32,000 bases of DNA. It comes from Paracoccus suum. Lineage in GTDB: Bacteria; Pseudomonadota; Alphaproteobacteria; Rhodobacterales; Rhodobacteraceae. Positions 1 through 8,880 of the stretch are shown here, one piece after another; the stretch's first letter is position 1, and every line of letters starts with the position of its first letter. Location: the NCBI RefSeq assembly GCF_003324675.1, contig NZ_CP030918.1:2250001-2282000 (forward strand). Reading direction: 5' to 3'. Made by a program: the position numbers and the translations under genes. The notes under the pieces were generated by a model. That model was not told the origin of the DNA. It searched no databases and was given only the letters and a program-made list of their open reading frames with translations.

Positions 1-8
1 GGAGGCGC

Positions 9-431
9 ATGAGCTATATGGGTTCGATCGCCCTGCAAGGCGCGGTCTACGCGCAGCTTTGCACCGATCCGGCCGTTACCGCCCTGATCGGCGATGCGGT
101 CTATGACGCCATGCCGGTGACGCCCCCGGCCGGCACCTATGTCTCGCTAGGACCCGAGGTCGTGCGCCCGGCGGGTGATCAGACGGGCGCGGGCGCGGAG
201 CATGAGTTCGTGGTGTCGGTCCTGTCCGGCTCGGACGAAGACAATGGCGGTTTCCAGGCGGTCAAGTCCGCCGCGGCGGCTGTCGCAGCCTCTCTGGAGG
301 CTGGCGATCTGCCGCTGGACGAGGGCCATCTGGCAGGCCTGTGGTTCCTGCGCGCCACCGCCCGCCGGGCCGAAAGCGGTGCCGGGCGGAGGGTCGACCT
401 GACCTTTCGCGCCCGCGTCGATCTGGGCTGA
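9..431 (+). CDS. GTA g8-like tail terminator / head-tail joining protein (DUF3168 family)
   Basis: GGAGG Shine-Dalgarno at 1-5 precedes the ATG at 9. The 140-aa product starts with ALQGAVYAQLCTDPAVTALIGDAVYDAMP...PPAGTYVSLGPE, which looks DUF3168-like. It lies directly upstream of the major tail protein gene. Confidence 0.75.
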   Translation: MSYMGSIALQGAVYAQLCTDPAVTALIGDAVYDAMPVTPPAGTYVSLGPEVVRPAGDQTGAGAEHEFVVSVLSGSDEDNGGFQAVKSAAAAVAASLEAGDLPLDEGHLAGLWFLRATARRAESGAGRRVDLTFRARVDLG

Positions 432-461
432 CAGACAATCAAAGCATGAGGAGGGCCTGCA

Positions 462-896
462 ATGGCTGTGCAGAACGGACGTGATCTGCTGATCAAGATG
501 GACATGACCGGCGGCGGTCAGTTCGAGACAGTGGCCGGGCTGAGGGCGACTCGTATCGGCTTTAACGCCGAGACGGTCGATGTCACCAGCCTCGACAGCA
601 CCGGCCGCTGGCGCGAGTTGCTGGGGGGTGCGGGCGTGCGCTCGGCCTCGATCACCGGCTCGGGCGTGTTCCGGGACAGCGGTTCGGACGCGCGCGTGCG
701 GCAGGTGTTTTTCGATGGAGAGGCGCCGCGTTGTCAGGTCGTGATCCCGGATTTCGGCATCGTCGACGGGCCGTTCGTCATTACCGGCCTGGAATATGCC
801 GGGACCTGGAATGGCGAGGCGACTTACGAGCTGACGCTGGCAAGCGCGGGAGCGCTGACCTTTACCGCCGACGCGACCCCCGCCCCGGTTCCCTAA
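462..896 (+). CDS. GTA g9-like major tail protein (TP901-1 family)
   Basis: GAGGAGGG SD lies 7 nt upstream of the ATG. The 144-aa product begins MAVQNGRDLLIKMD...FETVAGLRATRIGFNAETVDVTSLDS, typical of TP901-1-type major tail proteins in alphaproteobacterial GTA clusters. Confidence 0.9.
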   Translation: MAVQNGRDLLIKMDMTGGGQFETVAGLRATRIGFNAETVDVTSLDSTGRWRELLGGAGVRSASITGSGVFRDSGSDARVRQVFFDGEAPRCQVVIPDFGIVDGPFVITGLEYAGTWNGEATYELTLASAGALTFTADATPAPVP

Positions 897-897
897 G

Positions 898-1218
898 ATG
901 GCCGGCGCAAACCCCTATGCGGGCGAGGTCGAGGTCGTCCTGGACGGCGTTCCGCACCACGCCCGCCTGACCCTCGGGGCGCTGGCTGCGCTGGAGGGAG
1001 ATCTCGGCGCAGAGAGCCTGGTCGCGCTGATCGAGCGGTTCGAGGGTGGGGCGTTCTCTACCCGGGACGTGCTGGCGGTTCTGATCGCGGGGCTCCGCGG
1101 CGGCGGATGGCGTGGTCGGTCGGAGGATCTGCTAACCGTCGAGATCGAAGGCGGCCCCCTGGCCTGCGCCCGCGCTGCGGCAGAGTTGATCGCCCGCGCT
1201 TTTCGCATCACGCGATGA
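898..1218 (+). CDS. GTA g10-like tail assembly chaperone (gene transfer agent family protein)
   Basis: The ATG lies 1 nt after the g9 stop, suggesting translational coupling. The 106-aa product sits in the g10 position between the major tail protein and the tape measure. GEVEVVLDGVPHHARLTLGALAALE is typical of this family. Confidence 0.8.
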   Translation: MAGANPYAGEVEVVLDGVPHHARLTLGALAALEGDLGAESLVALIERFEGGAFSTRDVLAVLIAGLRGGGWRGRSEDLLTVEIEGGPLACARAAAELIARAFRITR

Positions 1219-1457
1219 CGGGCGCGGCGGGTGATGTGCACCCCGACGGCCTCGACTGGCCGGGGCTGATGCGCGCCGGCATCCAGGGGCTGGGGCTGAA
1301 GCCGCGCGAGTTCTGGGCGCTGACCCCGGCCGAACTGGCGCTGATGCTTGGCCTCGACCTGACGGGTGGCGGGGGCGGGCCGATGAACCGTGTGCGGCTG
1401 GCCGAGCTGGCGGCGCGCTTTCCCGATGCGCCCGAGGGCGCCGCGCCTACGGGGTGA
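1215..1457 (+). CDS. GTA g10.1-like tail assembly chaperone (rcc01693 family)
   Basis: ATGA start/stop overlap with g10 at 1215-1218. The product contains DWPGLMRAGIQGLGLKPREFWALTPAELALMLG, the conserved core I associate with the g10.1 family. This reading frame is open from 1107. Confidence 0.7.
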   Translation: MTGAAGDVHPDGLDWPGLMRAGIQGLGLKPREFWALTPAELALMLGLDLTGGGGGPMNRVRLAELAARFPDAPEGAAPTG

Positions 1458-1486
1458 CAAACTGAAATGCGAGGATGGAGGCTGTG

Positions 1487-2149
1487 ATGGCGGACCAGGA
1501 TGGACTCGACCGGCTGGAGCAGGGCCTCGGCGCCTCGGGCCGTATGTCGGCAGAGTTTGAGGCCGAGCTGGCACGGCTGCGCCAGTCGATGTTGTACACC
1601 GCCCGCGAGACGGGCCAGTTGTCGGCCGGAATCGGCGGCGGGCTGCGGCGTGCGTTCGACGGTCTCGCGCTCGACGGGATGAAGCTGTCCGACGCATTGA
1701 AGGGGGTCGCCCGCAGCATCGTCGACACCGCCTTCAGCATCGCCATGAAGCCGGTCCATCAGGCGCTGGGCGGCGCCATCGCGCAGGGCATGGGAGCCAT
1801 GCTGGGCGGCACGATCGGCGGCGCGCAACCCTTTGCCAAAGGCGGCGCCTTTACCGAGGGGCGCGTCATGCCCTTTGCCCGCGGTGGGGTTGTCAGCCAG
1901 CCGACGTATTTCCCGATGCGCGGTGCAACGGGCCTGATGGGCGAGGCTGGCCCCGAGGCGATCATGCCCCTCCGGCGTGGTCCGGACGGGCGCCTCGGCG
2001 TCGCCGCCGCGGGCGGGCAGGGTGGACGGGCGGCCGTGAATGTCACGATCAATGTGACCACCCCCGACGTCGCAGGTTTCAGCCGCAGTCAGAGCCAGAT
2101 CGCAGCCCAGATGAGCCGCGCCCTGGCGCGCGGCGATCGCAACGCTTGA
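1487..2149 (+). CDS. GTA g11-like tail tape measure protein (short form)
   Basis: GGAGG at 1477-1481 lies 5 nt before the ATG at 1487. An alternative ATG at 1475 has its SD too close. The product is about 220 aa, N-terminally helical and C-terminally Gly-rich, and occupies the tape measure position. Confidence 0.8.
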   Translation: MADQDGLDRLEQGLGASGRMSAEFEAELARLRQSMLYTARETGQLSAGIGGGLRRAFDGLALDGMKLSDALKGVARSIVDTAFSIAMKPVHQALGGAIAQGMGAMLGGTIGGAQPFAKGGAFTEGRVMPFARGGVVSQPTYFPMRGATGLMGEAGPEAIMPLRRGPDGRLGVAAAGGQGGRAAVNVTINVTTPDVAGFSRSQSQIAAQMSRALARGDRNA

Positions 2150-2153
2150 GGGC

Positions 2154-2789
2154 ATGATGGCATTTCACGAGATACGGTTTCCCGCCAACCTGTCCTTCGG
2201 ATCGGTGGGCGGCCCTGAACGGCGCACCGAAATCGTCGCCCTCAGCAACGGCTATGAGGAGCGCAACACCCCTTGGGCCCATTCGCGCCGCCGCTATGAC
2301 GCGGGGCTGGGCCTGCGCTCGCTGGATGACTTGGCCGACTTGATCGCGTTTTTCGAAGCGCGGGCGGGGCAGATGCACGGCTTTCGTTGGAAGGACTGGG
2401 CCGATTTCAAAAGCTGTGCGCCATCAGGGACGCCTGCGATGGACGATCAGATCCTCGGGCACGGCGATGGGGTCACGCAGGTGTTCCAACTGCGGAAGGC
2501 CTATCTCAGCGGTCCGGCAAGCTATGTGCGGCCGATTGCCAAGCCGGTGCGCGGGACGGTGCTGGTGGCGATTGCTGGTGATGCCATGCGCGAGGCGGTC
2601 GATTGGACGCTGGATTATGCGAGAGGCGCGCTGACTTTCCACGCGGCCCCGGGCGCTGGTGCCGAGATCACCGCGGGATATGAATTTGACGTGCCCGTTC
2701 GGTTCGATGCGGATCGGATCGCCGTTTCGGTCGCCTCGTTCCAAGCTGGCGGCATGCCCGATGTCCCGGTGCTGGAGGTACGGGTATGA
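2154..2789 (+). CDS. GTA g12-like distal tail protein (DUF2460 family)
   Basis: Product begins MMAFHEIRFPANLSFGSVGGPERRTEIVALSNGYEERN, the canonical DUF2460 N-terminus. The second ATG at 2157 is equally possible. Confidence 0.9.
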   Translation: MMAFHEIRFPANLSFGSVGGPERRTEIVALSNGYEERNTPWAHSRRRYDAGLGLRSLDDLADLIAFFEARAGQMHGFRWKDWADFKSCAPSGTPAMDDQILGHGDGVTQVFQLRKAYLSGPASYVRPIAKPVRGTVLVAIAGDAMREAVDWTLDYARGALTFHAAPGAGAEITAGYEFDVPVRFDADRIAVSVASFQAGGMPDVPVLEVRV

Positions 2790-3745
2790 GCGCGCTCGAT
2801 CAGGGAACGACGCGGGCACGTGCCTGGGCGGTGACGCGCGCAGACGGCCTGGTCCTCGGGTTTACCGATCACGATGTCGCGCTCGAGTTCGAGGGCATCC
2901 GCTTTCGCCCCGACACGGGGATGAGTGCGGCGGCGGTGATGCAATCCTCTGGGCTGTCGGTGGACAACTCGGAGGCCGCTGGGATGCTGTCGGATGATGC
3001 GATCACCGAGGCTGATCTGCAGGCTGGTCGCTGGGACGCGGCCGACGTGCGCTTGTGGGAGGTCGATTGGGCGAAGCCGGCGGCGCGGCAGTTAGTATTT
3101 CGCGGCGCGCTGGGCGAGGTGACGCGCCAGGGTTCGGCTTTCAAGGCCGAGCTGCGCGGCCTCAGCGAGGCGCTGAACCGGCCGCAAGGTCGGGTCTATC
3201 ATCCGCGCTGCCCGGCGGTGCTGGGTGACAGCGCATGCCGCATGAACCTGGGCCTGCCGGGTTATCGTGCCGATACGGTCGCGGTCGCGGTCGAGGAGGG
3301 ACGGGTATTTCGGATTGGCGGCCTGCCGGGGTATGACCTGCGCTGGTTCGAGCGCGGTACGCTGGAGGTGACCTCCGGCGCCGCCAAGGGCCTGCGTGGT
3401 GCCATCAAGCGCGATCTGGCCATGCCCGATGGCGGCCGCGAGATCGAACTGTGGGCAGGTATCGGCGCTGCAGTCGCTGCCGGGGACGGGCTAAGGTTGA
3501 CGGCGGGCTGCGACAAGCAGCCGGACACCTGTCGGCTGAAGTTCAACAACTACCTGAATTTTCGCGGCTTCCCCCATCTGCCAAGCGAGGATTGGTTGAC
3601 GGCGCCGAAGGCCACCGGCGGCCGCGCAAGGCCTGCACCGCGGCCCGGCACTCCGCTGCCGGGAAATGGCGGCGGGGACCTTGGGCTGGCCGCGGGCGAG
3701 GACGACGGGGACGATGGTGCGGGTGGACGCGGGGGCAACGCGTAA
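2786..3745 (+). CDS. GTA g13-like baseplate hub protein (DUF2163 plus phage BR0599-like C-terminal domain)
   Basis: ATGA overlap with g12. The product has TRARAWAVTRADGLVLGFTDHD and a C-terminal CDKQPDTCRLKFNNYLNFRGFPHLP motif typical of this family. The last 45 aa or so are Gly/Asp-rich and low complexity. Confidence 0.9.
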   Translation: MSALDQGTTRARAWAVTRADGLVLGFTDHDVALEFEGIRFRPDTGMSAAAVMQSSGLSVDNSEAAGMLSDDAITEADLQAGRWDAADVRLWEVDWAKPAARQLVFRGALGEVTRQGSAFKAELRGLSEALNRPQGRVYHPRCPAVLGDSACRMNLGLPGYRADTVAVAVEEGRVFRIGGLPGYDLRWFERGTLEVTSGAAKGLRGAIKRDLAMPDGGREIELWAGIGAAVAAGDGLRLTAGCDKQPDTCRLKFNNYLNFRGFPHLPSEDWLTAPKATGGRARPAPRPGTPLPGNGGGDLGLAAGEDDGDDGAGGRGGNA

Positions 3746-4182
3746 TGGACGAACATCCCGCGGTCGCCGCCGCCCGTGCGTGGATCGGCACGCCTTACGT
3801 TCATCAAGCCTCGACCCTCGGCGCCGGCGCCGATTGCCTGGGGCTGGTCCGCGGCGTCTGGCGAAGATTGTACGGGCCCGAGCCGGAGGCGCTGCCGGCC
3901 TACAGCCCCGATTGGGGCGAGGTCGGCGGGTCCGAGTTGCTGCTGGCTGGCGCGCTTCGGCATCTGCTTGCTGTTCCCCCGGACGCTCCCGTGGCGGAGG
4001 GGCAGGTGATCCTGTTCCGCATGGTCGAGCGCGCCAGTGCCAAGCACCTGGGTATCGTCTCGTGCGCCGGGGCTGCGGGTGCCTTTATCCACGCCTACGA
4101 CCGCCATGGCGTGGTCGAGAGCCCGCTGTCGCGGCCCTGGGCCGCGCGCATCGTGACCCGGTTCACCTTTCCGGGCCAGTGA
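3745..4182 (+). CDS. GTA g14-like NlpC/P60 family cell-wall peptidase
   Basis: TAATG stop/start overlap with g13. The 145-aa product has WIGTPYVHQASTLGAGADCLGLV (catalytic Cys context) and a later HLGIV His context. Confidence 0.9.
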   Translation: MDEHPAVAAARAWIGTPYVHQASTLGAGADCLGLVRGVWRRLYGPEPEALPAYSPDWGEVGGSELLLAGALRHLLAVPPDAPVAEGQVILFRMVERASAKHLGIVSCAGAAGAFIHAYDRHGVVESPLSRPWAARIVTRFTFPGQ

Positions 4183-4213
4183 GCGCAACACCTTCAAGCC
4201 TTGAGAGGACGCG

Positions 4214-7200
4214 ATGGCCACCATTCTTCTGTCTGCCGTGGGTGCTTCGATCGGCGCGGGCATGGGCGGGACCATGCTCGGCCTCTCGACCGCGGTCGTG
4301 GGCCGGGCAGTCGGCGCGACGCTCGGCCGGGTCATCGACCAACGACTGCTGGGGACGGGCTCGCGCGCGGTCGAGACGGGGCGGGTCGACCGCCTGCGTC
4401 TGCAGAGCGCGGGCGAGGGCACGCCCATCACCCGGGTCTGGGGCCAGATGCGCCTGCCCGGCCATGTCATCTGGGCCGCGCCGCTGGAGGAAGTGCGTCG
4501 CGATCAGGACGGCGGCCGCGGCAAGGGTGCCGCCAGCGGGCCCAAGGTCACCGAGATCAGCTATCGGCTGAGCGCGGCCTTTGCCCTGTGCGAGGGGCCG
4601 ATCGGCGGTATTGGCCGGGTCTGGGCCGACGGTGAGGAGGTGGACCCCAATGACTTGAACCTGCGCGTCTATAAGGGGGGAACTACTCAGCTGCCCGACC
4701 CCTGCATCACCGCCCATGAGGGCGAGGCTGCGCCCGCTTATCGTGGCACCGCCTATGTGGTGGTCGAGAGCCTCGGGCTTGAGCGCTGGGGTAATCGTGT
4801 CCCGCTCCTGACCTTCGAGGTGACCCGCGCCGTGCCGAATGGCCACGGCCTCTCGCAGCATGTTCAGGCGGTGGCGATGATTCCCGGCACCGGGGAATAC
4901 AGCCTGGCCACCACAGCTGTTGGGCTGGACCTGGGTCTTGGCGAGACCCGGATGATCAATCGCAACACCGTGTCCGATGGAAGCGATTTTGCGGCCTCGC
5001 TGCGGACGCTGCGGACCGAGTTGCCACGGGCGGGTTCGGTCTCGCTGGTGGTCTCATGGTTCGGCGACGACCTGCGCTGCGGCAATTGCACGGTGCAGCC
5101 CAAGGTCGAGGATGTGATCGACGCACCGGCGATGCCGTGGCGCGCGGGCGGTATCGGCCGCGATCAGGCCATGACGGTTGCCAGGGTGAACGATCGGCCG
5201 ATTTATGGCGGCACGCCCGCGGATGCGGCGGTGATCGAGGGGATCCATGCCCTGAGCGCCAGCGGCCGCAAGGTCGTATTTTATCCCTTCATCCTGATGG
5301 AGCAGCGGGCGGGGAACAATCGCCCTGATCCGCATAGCGGCGCAAGCAGCCAGCCGGTCATGCCTTGGCGCGGGCGGATCACCGCGTCGGTCGCCCCGGG
5401 GCGCCCCGGCAGTCCCGACCGCACGGCTGCCATGGCGGCCGAGGTCGCGGCCTTCTTTGGCGTCGCCCAACCGTCGCATTTCACGGTCAACGGCATGCGG
5501 ATCGATTATTCCGGTCCAGCCGAGTGGGGCTATCGGCGCATGATCCTGCACTACGCGCATCTTTGCGCACTTGCGGGCGGGGTCGACGCGTTCCTGATCG
5601 GATCCGAGATGGTCGGGCTGACCACGCTGCGCGGCGCGAGCGGATCCTATCCGGCGGTCGCTGAACTGCGGCGCCTCGCTGGCGAGGTGCGCGCCATCCT
5701 CGGGCCGCAGGTCAAGCTCAGCTATGCCGCCGACTGGACCGAGTATGCCGGTCACATGCCGGGAAATGGCGAGCGGCGTTTTCACCTCGACCCGCTCTGG
5801 GCAGACAAGAACATCGATTTCGTCGGCATCGACAACTACCTGCCGCTGACTGACTGGCGCGATGCGGAGGAGCATGCAGACGCGCATTGGGGCCGGATCG
5901 ACGATCCCGCCTACCTGCGCAGCGGTGTCGCCGGTGGCGAATTGTTCGATTGGTACTATGCCGATCCCGCGCATCGCGACGCGCAGATACGCACGCCGAT
6001 CACCGATGGCGATTTCAACGAGCAATGGGTCTGGCGGCTCAAGGACATTCGCGGCTGGTGGGAAAACCCGCATCGCGACCGTGCCGCCGGCGGGGCGCGC
6101 AGCCCTGTGCCGACGGCCTGGGTCCCGCGTAGCAAGCCGGTGTGGTTTACCGAACTCGGCTGCTCCGCGCTCGACAAGGGGACCAACCAGCCGAACAAGT
6201 TCCTGGATGCGATGAGCTCGGAATCCATGCTGCCGTTCTATTCCGACGGCAGCCGCAACGACGCCATGCAGGCGGCCTATGTGCGCGCCGTGACCGAGCA
6301 TTGGTCGGATCCGGAGAACAACCCCGTCGGCGCTTGGGGCGGTCGGATGATTGACACCGCGCGACTGCATGTCTGGTGCTGGGATGCGCGGCCTTACCCA
6401 GCGTTTCCGGCGCTGGGCGAGTTGTGGTCGGATGGCGCCGCCTGGGCACGGGGCCATTGGCTGAACGGCCGCGCGGGCGCGGCACCGCTAGGTGACGTGG
6501 TGACCGAGATCTGCCGCGATGCCGGGGTGAGCGAGGTTGACGTCTCGGGCCTGTCCGGGATCGTGCGCGGCTATGCGCTGCAGGGTGCTGAGACTGCGCG
6601 CGCGGCTTTGCAAGTGTTGATGCTGGCGTATGGCTTTGACGTGACGAGCGGCGCGGGCAAGCTGGTCTTTCGGATGCGGGGCGCGCGTCCCGCGGCGGAA
6701 ATTGGGGCCGATGATCTGGCCGAAAGCCAGGATCTGTCCCGCCCGGAGGTGTTGCGCGCGCCGGAGGCAGAACTCGCGGGCCGCGTCCGGATCACGCATG
6801 TCGAGGCGGGCACGGATTACGAGACCTGCACTGCCGAGGCGGTGCTGCCCGATGAGCGCCGGCCCGGCACGACCACCGATTCCGAGTTCAGCCTGGCGCT
6901 GACCCGCGCCGAGGGGCGGGCGATCGCTGAACGCTGGCTGGCGGAATCGCGGGTTGCGCGCGACAGCATGCGCCTGGCGCTGCCGCCGTCCCGGGCAGCC
7001 GGATTGCAGCCCGGGGACGTGATCCGGTGGCAACCGGCTGCTGGTCAGGGTCCTGCTGGCCGTTGGCGCATCGACCGTATCGAACGTGCGGGCGCTGCCG
7101 TCGTCGAAGCGGTCAGGGTTGAGCCGGGGGTCTATCGCCCGGTGGACACGACCGAGGACGCCTTGGCGCCGCGCCGCTTCGTGCCGCCGGTTCCGGTCTG

Positions 7201-8113
7201 GGCGGAATACCTCGATCTGCCGCTGCTGACCGGGGACGAAGTTCCACACGCGCCGCATCTGGCGGTCACGGCGATGCCTTGGCCCGGTAGCGTGGCTGTA
7301 TATTCGGCGCTGAGCGAGGAGGGCGGGTTTGCCCTCAACCGCGTGCTGCCGCGTCCCTCGGTAATGGGCGTCACGCTGACGGCGCTGGATGCGGCGTCCG
7401 CTGGCGTGCGCGACCGGGGTCCGGCGCTGCGGATTCGGGTCAAGGGCGGCGCGCTGCGCTCTGCCACTGAGACCGCGCTGCTGGCAGGGGCGAATGCCAT
7501 TGCGATTGGGGACGGCACCCCGGACCGTTGGGAAGTGTTTCAGTTCGCGACGGCGGTGCTGGTCGGTCCGGGCGTCTGGGAGGTCTCGGGTCGGCTGCGT
7601 GGACAGGCTGGGACTGACGGGGTGATGCCGGCGGTGTGGCCGGTGGGCAGCAAGGTGGTGCTGCTTGATGGGGCCTCCGCACAGTTGAGCCTGCCAGCCT
7701 CGAGCCGTGGCCAGTTGCGCATCTGGCGTGCCGGACCGGCCCTGCGCGGGGTCGATGATCCGAGCTATCGCCAACGGGCGCTGTCCTTTAGGGGCGTCGG
7801 CTTGCGGCCTTACGCGCCGTGCCACCTGCGGCTGTCGGCGCGCCAACTGACCTGGGTGCGCCGCACGCGCATCGATGGCGATGGCTGGGACGGTGTCGAG
7901 GTCCCGCTGGGCGAATCGCGCGAGGCCTATCGCGTACGCCTGGTGAGAGACGGCGGGCGCCTGGCCGAGGCGCTGGTTAGCGAGCCGCGCTGGACGATCC
8001 CCGAAGCATCCTGGGCCGCTGCGATCGCGGGCGGCCCGTTCGAGGCCGAGGTCGCGCAACTATCCGATGCCTATGGGCCGGGACCTGTCGCAAGGAGAAC
8101 GATCGATGTCTGA
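4214..8113 (+). CDS. GTA g15-like megatron / host-specificity baseplate protein (GTA TIM-barrel-like domain plus phage tail domain)
   Basis: GAGAGGA SD precedes the ATG. The 1299-aa ORF has a Gly-rich hydrophobic N-terminus, and its size and position are characteristic of RcGTA g15. Confidence 0.9.
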   Translation: MATILLSAVGASIGAGMGGTMLGLSTAVVGRAVGATLGRVIDQRLLGTGSRAVETGRVDRLRLQSAGEGTPITRVWGQMRLPGHVIWAAPLEEVRRDQDGGRGKGAASGPKVTEISYRLSAAFALCEGPIGGIGRVWADGEEVDPNDLNLRVYKGGTTQLPDPCITAHEGEAAPAYRGTAYVVVESLGLERWGNRVPLLTFEVTRAVPNGHGLSQHVQAVAMIPGTGEYSLATTAVGLDLGLGETRMINRNTVSDGSDFAASLRTLRTELPRAGSVSLVVSWFGDDLRCGNCTVQPKVEDVIDAPAMPWRAGGIGRDQAMTVARVNDRPIYGGTPADAAVIEGIHALSASGRKVVFYPFILMEQRAGNNRPDPHSGASSQPVMPWRGRITASVAPGRPGSPDRTAAMAAEVAAFFGVAQPSHFTVNGMRIDYSGPAEWGYRRMILHYAHLCALAGGVDAFLIGSEMVGLTTLRGASGSYPAVAELRRLAGEVRAILGPQVKLSYAADWTEYAGHMPGNGERRFHLDPLWADKNIDFVGIDNYLPLTDWRDAEEHADAHWGRIDDPAYLRSGVAGGELFDWYYADPAHRDAQIRTPITDGDFNEQWVWRLKDIRGWWENPHRDRAAGGARSPVPTAWVPRSKPVWFTELGCSALDKGTNQPNKFLDAMSSESMLPFYSDGSRNDAMQAAYVRAVTEHWSDPENNPVGAWGGRMIDTARLHVWCWDARPYPAFPALGELWSDGAAWARGHWLNGRAGAAPLGDVVTEICRDAGVSEVDVSGLSGIVRGYALQGAETARAALQVLMLAYGFDVTSGAGKLVFRMRGARPAAEIGADDLAESQDLSRPEVLRAPEAELAGRVRITHVEAGTDYETCTAEAVLPDERRPGTTTDSEFSLALTRAEGRAIAERWLAESRVARDSMRLALPPSRAAGLQPGDVIRWQPAAGQGPAGRWRIDRIERAGAAVVEAVRVEPGVYRPVDTTEDALAPRRFVPPVPVWAEYLDLPLLTGDEVPHAPHLAVTAMPWPGSVAVYSALSEEGGFALNRVLPRPSVMGVTLTALDAASAGVRDRGPALRIRVKGGALRSATETALLAGANAIAIGDGTPDRWEVFQFATAVLVGPGVWEVSGRLRGQAGTDGVMPAVWPVGSKVVLLDGASAQLSLPASSRGQLRIWRAGPALRGVDDPSYRQRALSFRGVGLRPYAPCHLRLSARQLTWVRRTRIDGDGWDGVEVPLGESREAYRVRLVRDGGRLAEALVSEPRWTIPEASWAAAIAGGPFEAEVAQLSDAYGPGPVARRTIDV

Positions 8114-8819
8114 CACCACGTCCCGCCTGAAGCTGCCGCTGCTGCAGGCAGCGCAGGCGCAAAAGCACGTCACCCTGAACGAGTCGCTGGTTCGGCTGGA
8201 CGGTTTGGTGAACCTGGTTCTTGAGGAAGCCAACCGTCTGGCGCCGCCCGAGGTGGTGGTCGATGGACTTTGCTATGGTGTGGCTCCGGGTGCGGTGGAT
8301 GCCTGGGCAGGGCAGGGCGGCCAGATCGCCATCGGCAGCAACGGCGGCTGGGTCTATGTGGCTCCTCGACCGGGGATGAGTGCTTGGGATCGATCGACCG
8401 GCGCGCGCCTTGTCTGGGCCGGCAGCGGCGGCTGGATCGTGGGGGCGCTGACGCTGGCCGCCTCGGGCGCTGGCATGGTGGCGGGCGTTGCCGAGTTGGA
8501 GGTTACGCTGACCGCTGGTACGAGCATCACGACGGGGTTGGTGATCCCCTCCGGCGCCATGGTCATTGGTGCCAATGCGCGGGTCAAGCAGACCGTGACC
8601 GGGACCCTGACGAGCTGGCAACTCGGGACCGCCGGTGCGCTCGACCGGTTTGGCAAGGGGCTGGGACTGACCGTAGGCTCGTGGGCGCGGGGTATTTTGT
8701 CGGCGCCCATGACCTATTGGGACCCCGCGCCGTTGATCCTGACCTCCACCGGAGGCGCGTTTGCCGGCGGAAAAATCCGTCTCGCCATCCATTGGTGGGA
8801 GTTGCGTCTGCCGGATTGA
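8106..8819 (+). CDS. DUF2793 domain protein, probable GTA tail fibre / baseplate accessory protein
   Basis: AAGGAGA SD lies inside the g15 3' end. The ATG at 8106 overlaps the g15 stop by 8 nt. The N-terminus MSDTTSRLKLPLLQAAQAQKHVTLNESLVRLDGLV is the conserved DUF2793 signature. Confidence 0.8.
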   Translation: MSDTTSRLKLPLLQAAQAQKHVTLNESLVRLDGLVNLVLEEANRLAPPEVVVDGLCYGVAPGAVDAWAGQGGQIAIGSNGGWVYVAPRPGMSAWDRSTGARLVWAGSGGWIVGALTLAASGAGMVAGVAELEVTLTAGTSITTGLVIPSGAMVIGANARVKQTVTGTLTSWQLGTAGALDRFGKGLGLTVGSWARGILSAPMTYWDPAPLILTSTGGAFAGGKIRLAIHWWELRLPD

Positions 8820-8880
8820 CGCACCGGCACAGCGGGGTGCCGCGCGCCCTGCCTCGCACCCCGGCGGGGGATCGGTTAAG

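Larger units (their letters stand above)
1..8819 (+). other. RcGTA-type gene transfer agent structural cluster, tail half (g8-g15 plus DUF2793 ORF). Truncated at the left window edge.
   Basis: Ten same-strand ORFs follow the canonical RcGTA order: terminator, major tail, two chaperones, short tape measure, DUF2460, DUF2163, NlpC/P60, about 1300-aa megatron. They are tightly packed, with stop/start overlaps at 1215, 2786, 3745 and 8106. Housekeeping genes follow immediately. No lysis, integrase or repressor genes are present. Confidence 0.8.

Noticed and set aside
1107-1218. Possible G/GT-style -1 programmed frameshift between GTA g10 and g10.1
   Set aside because: The geometry is right: the g10.1 frame is the -1 frame of g10 and is open from 1107. 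However, I could not find a canonical X XXY YYZ slippery heptamer in the g10 frame across the overlap. The nearest candidates, GGC CCC CTG and GCT TTT CGC, do not fit. g10.1 also has its own ATG overlapping the g10 stop, which is enough for coupled re-initiation.
4085-4093. DnaA-box-like TTATCCACG
   Set aside because: It is a single copy inside the g14 peptidase coding sequence, with no cluster of boxes and no AT-rich unwinding element. It is most likely chance.
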